Below are positions 63,728-64,000 of a stretch of 64,000 nucleotides of DNA, one piece after another. The notes below the pieces were generated by a model. The model was not told the origin of the DNA and made no database searches. It saw only the letters and a program-made list of their open reading frames with translations. The position numbers were made by a program, and so were the translations under genes. This DNA is from Candidatus Solibacter sp. (GTDB lineage: Bacteria > Acidobacteriota > Terriglobia > Bryobacterales > Bryobacteraceae), in the NCBI GenBank assembly GCA_025361425.1, contig JANYAH010000083.1, positions 13,315 to 77,314 on the forward strand. Reading direction: 5' to 3'. Every line of letters begins with the position of its first letter. Position 1 is the stretch's first letter.

Positions 63728-64000
63728 GGCTGAAGTCCCACCTGAATTAGCCCCATTTTAACTGCCGCGTTGACGATCTCCGCCGCGGCCGGCGCGGCCA
63801 CCGCACCGCCGTACACTCCATTCTCCACCAGAACGGAGAAGGCGATCTTACGCGCCGCCCCACCGTACGGCGCGAAGCCGATGAACCAGGCGTGCGACGG
63901 CGCATCGGCAAGTTCCGCGGTGCCGGTCTTGCCTGCCACGGCGACGCTCGCCGCGCCGCGCCGTCCGGTGCCGGAGGTCACCACTTCCCGCATGAAGCGG
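63724..64000 (-). CDS. class B penicillin-binding protein transpeptidase, C-terminal part (5' end beyond the right window edge)
   Basis: The visible C-terminus is VVTSGTGRRGAASVAVAGKTGTAELADAPSHAWFIGFAP...FSVLVENGVYGGAVAAPAAAEIV, with the K-T-G-T box. The frame stays open to the window end. Confidence 0.8.
   Translation of the reverse strand, partial: RFMREVVTSGTGRRGAASVAVAGKTGTAELADAPSHAWFIGFAPYGGAARKIAFSVLVENGVYGGAVAAPAAAEIVNAAVKMGLIQVGLQP

Overview
High-GC chromosomal segment (about 60% GC or more judged by eye, not computed). It is tightly packed with about 55 protein genes. I recognised no rRNA, tRNA, CRISPR array, transposase or integrase. The gene content points to Acidobacteriota of the Solibacter/Bryobacterales type. 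That is an inference from three adjacent proteins ending in the Solibacter-type C-terminal domain, a VWFA-related acidobacterial-domain protein, a giant CarboxypepD_reg-type TonB-dependent receptor, and many Tat-exported Gfo/Idh/MocA enzymes.

Gene order, left to right:
- pssA-psd phospholipid pair
- HEAT protein plus a Tat-exported oxidoreductase
- A Wzx/Wzy-type polysaccharide cluster: flippase, ligase/polymerase, 3 GT4 glycosyltransferases, a methyltransferase, the priming sugar transferase and a SASA esterase
- DUF4159, LOG and ABM proteins, and a secreted beta-propeller
- A Tat-exported TIM-barrel plus Gfo/Idh/MocA pair
- ppk2 and maf (divergent), VWA protein, nucleoside permease, DinB
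- A Tat-exported enolase-superfamily dehydratase
- A carboxyltransferase / small subunit / 1.3S-like biotin carrier operon
- Another Tat-exported oxidoreductase, a large metzincin and an MBL hydrolase
- A 645-bp structured intergenic region
- BtuB-size TonB receptor, PCP-reductase-like miniprotein, and a FliA-type sigma factor with a sigma-54 promoter
- The operon fabZ-lpxA-lpxI-oxidoreductase-tonB
- M20 peptidase, tsaD preceded by a DHp-only miniprotein, and a TMTC-like TPR membrane protein
- A surface-protein neighbourhood: 1186-aa TonB receptor, OMP barrel, and three Soli_cterm proteins with beta-propeller, InlB-B-repeat and CHRD heads
- An orphan 143-aa ORF and a DUF4175-like low-complexity membrane protein
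- NtrC-type and LuxR-type response regulators, a TrmB regulator, and an FhaA-like FHA protein coupled to a PBP

The most notable sequence-level signal is a recurrent TANNNT hexamer exactly 6 nt upstream of start codons, which is a leaderless-mRNA signature. Associated with it are divergent gene pairs separated by only 0-25 bp. Many long overlapping or antisense ORFs in the track are high-GC artefacts and are not reported as genes.
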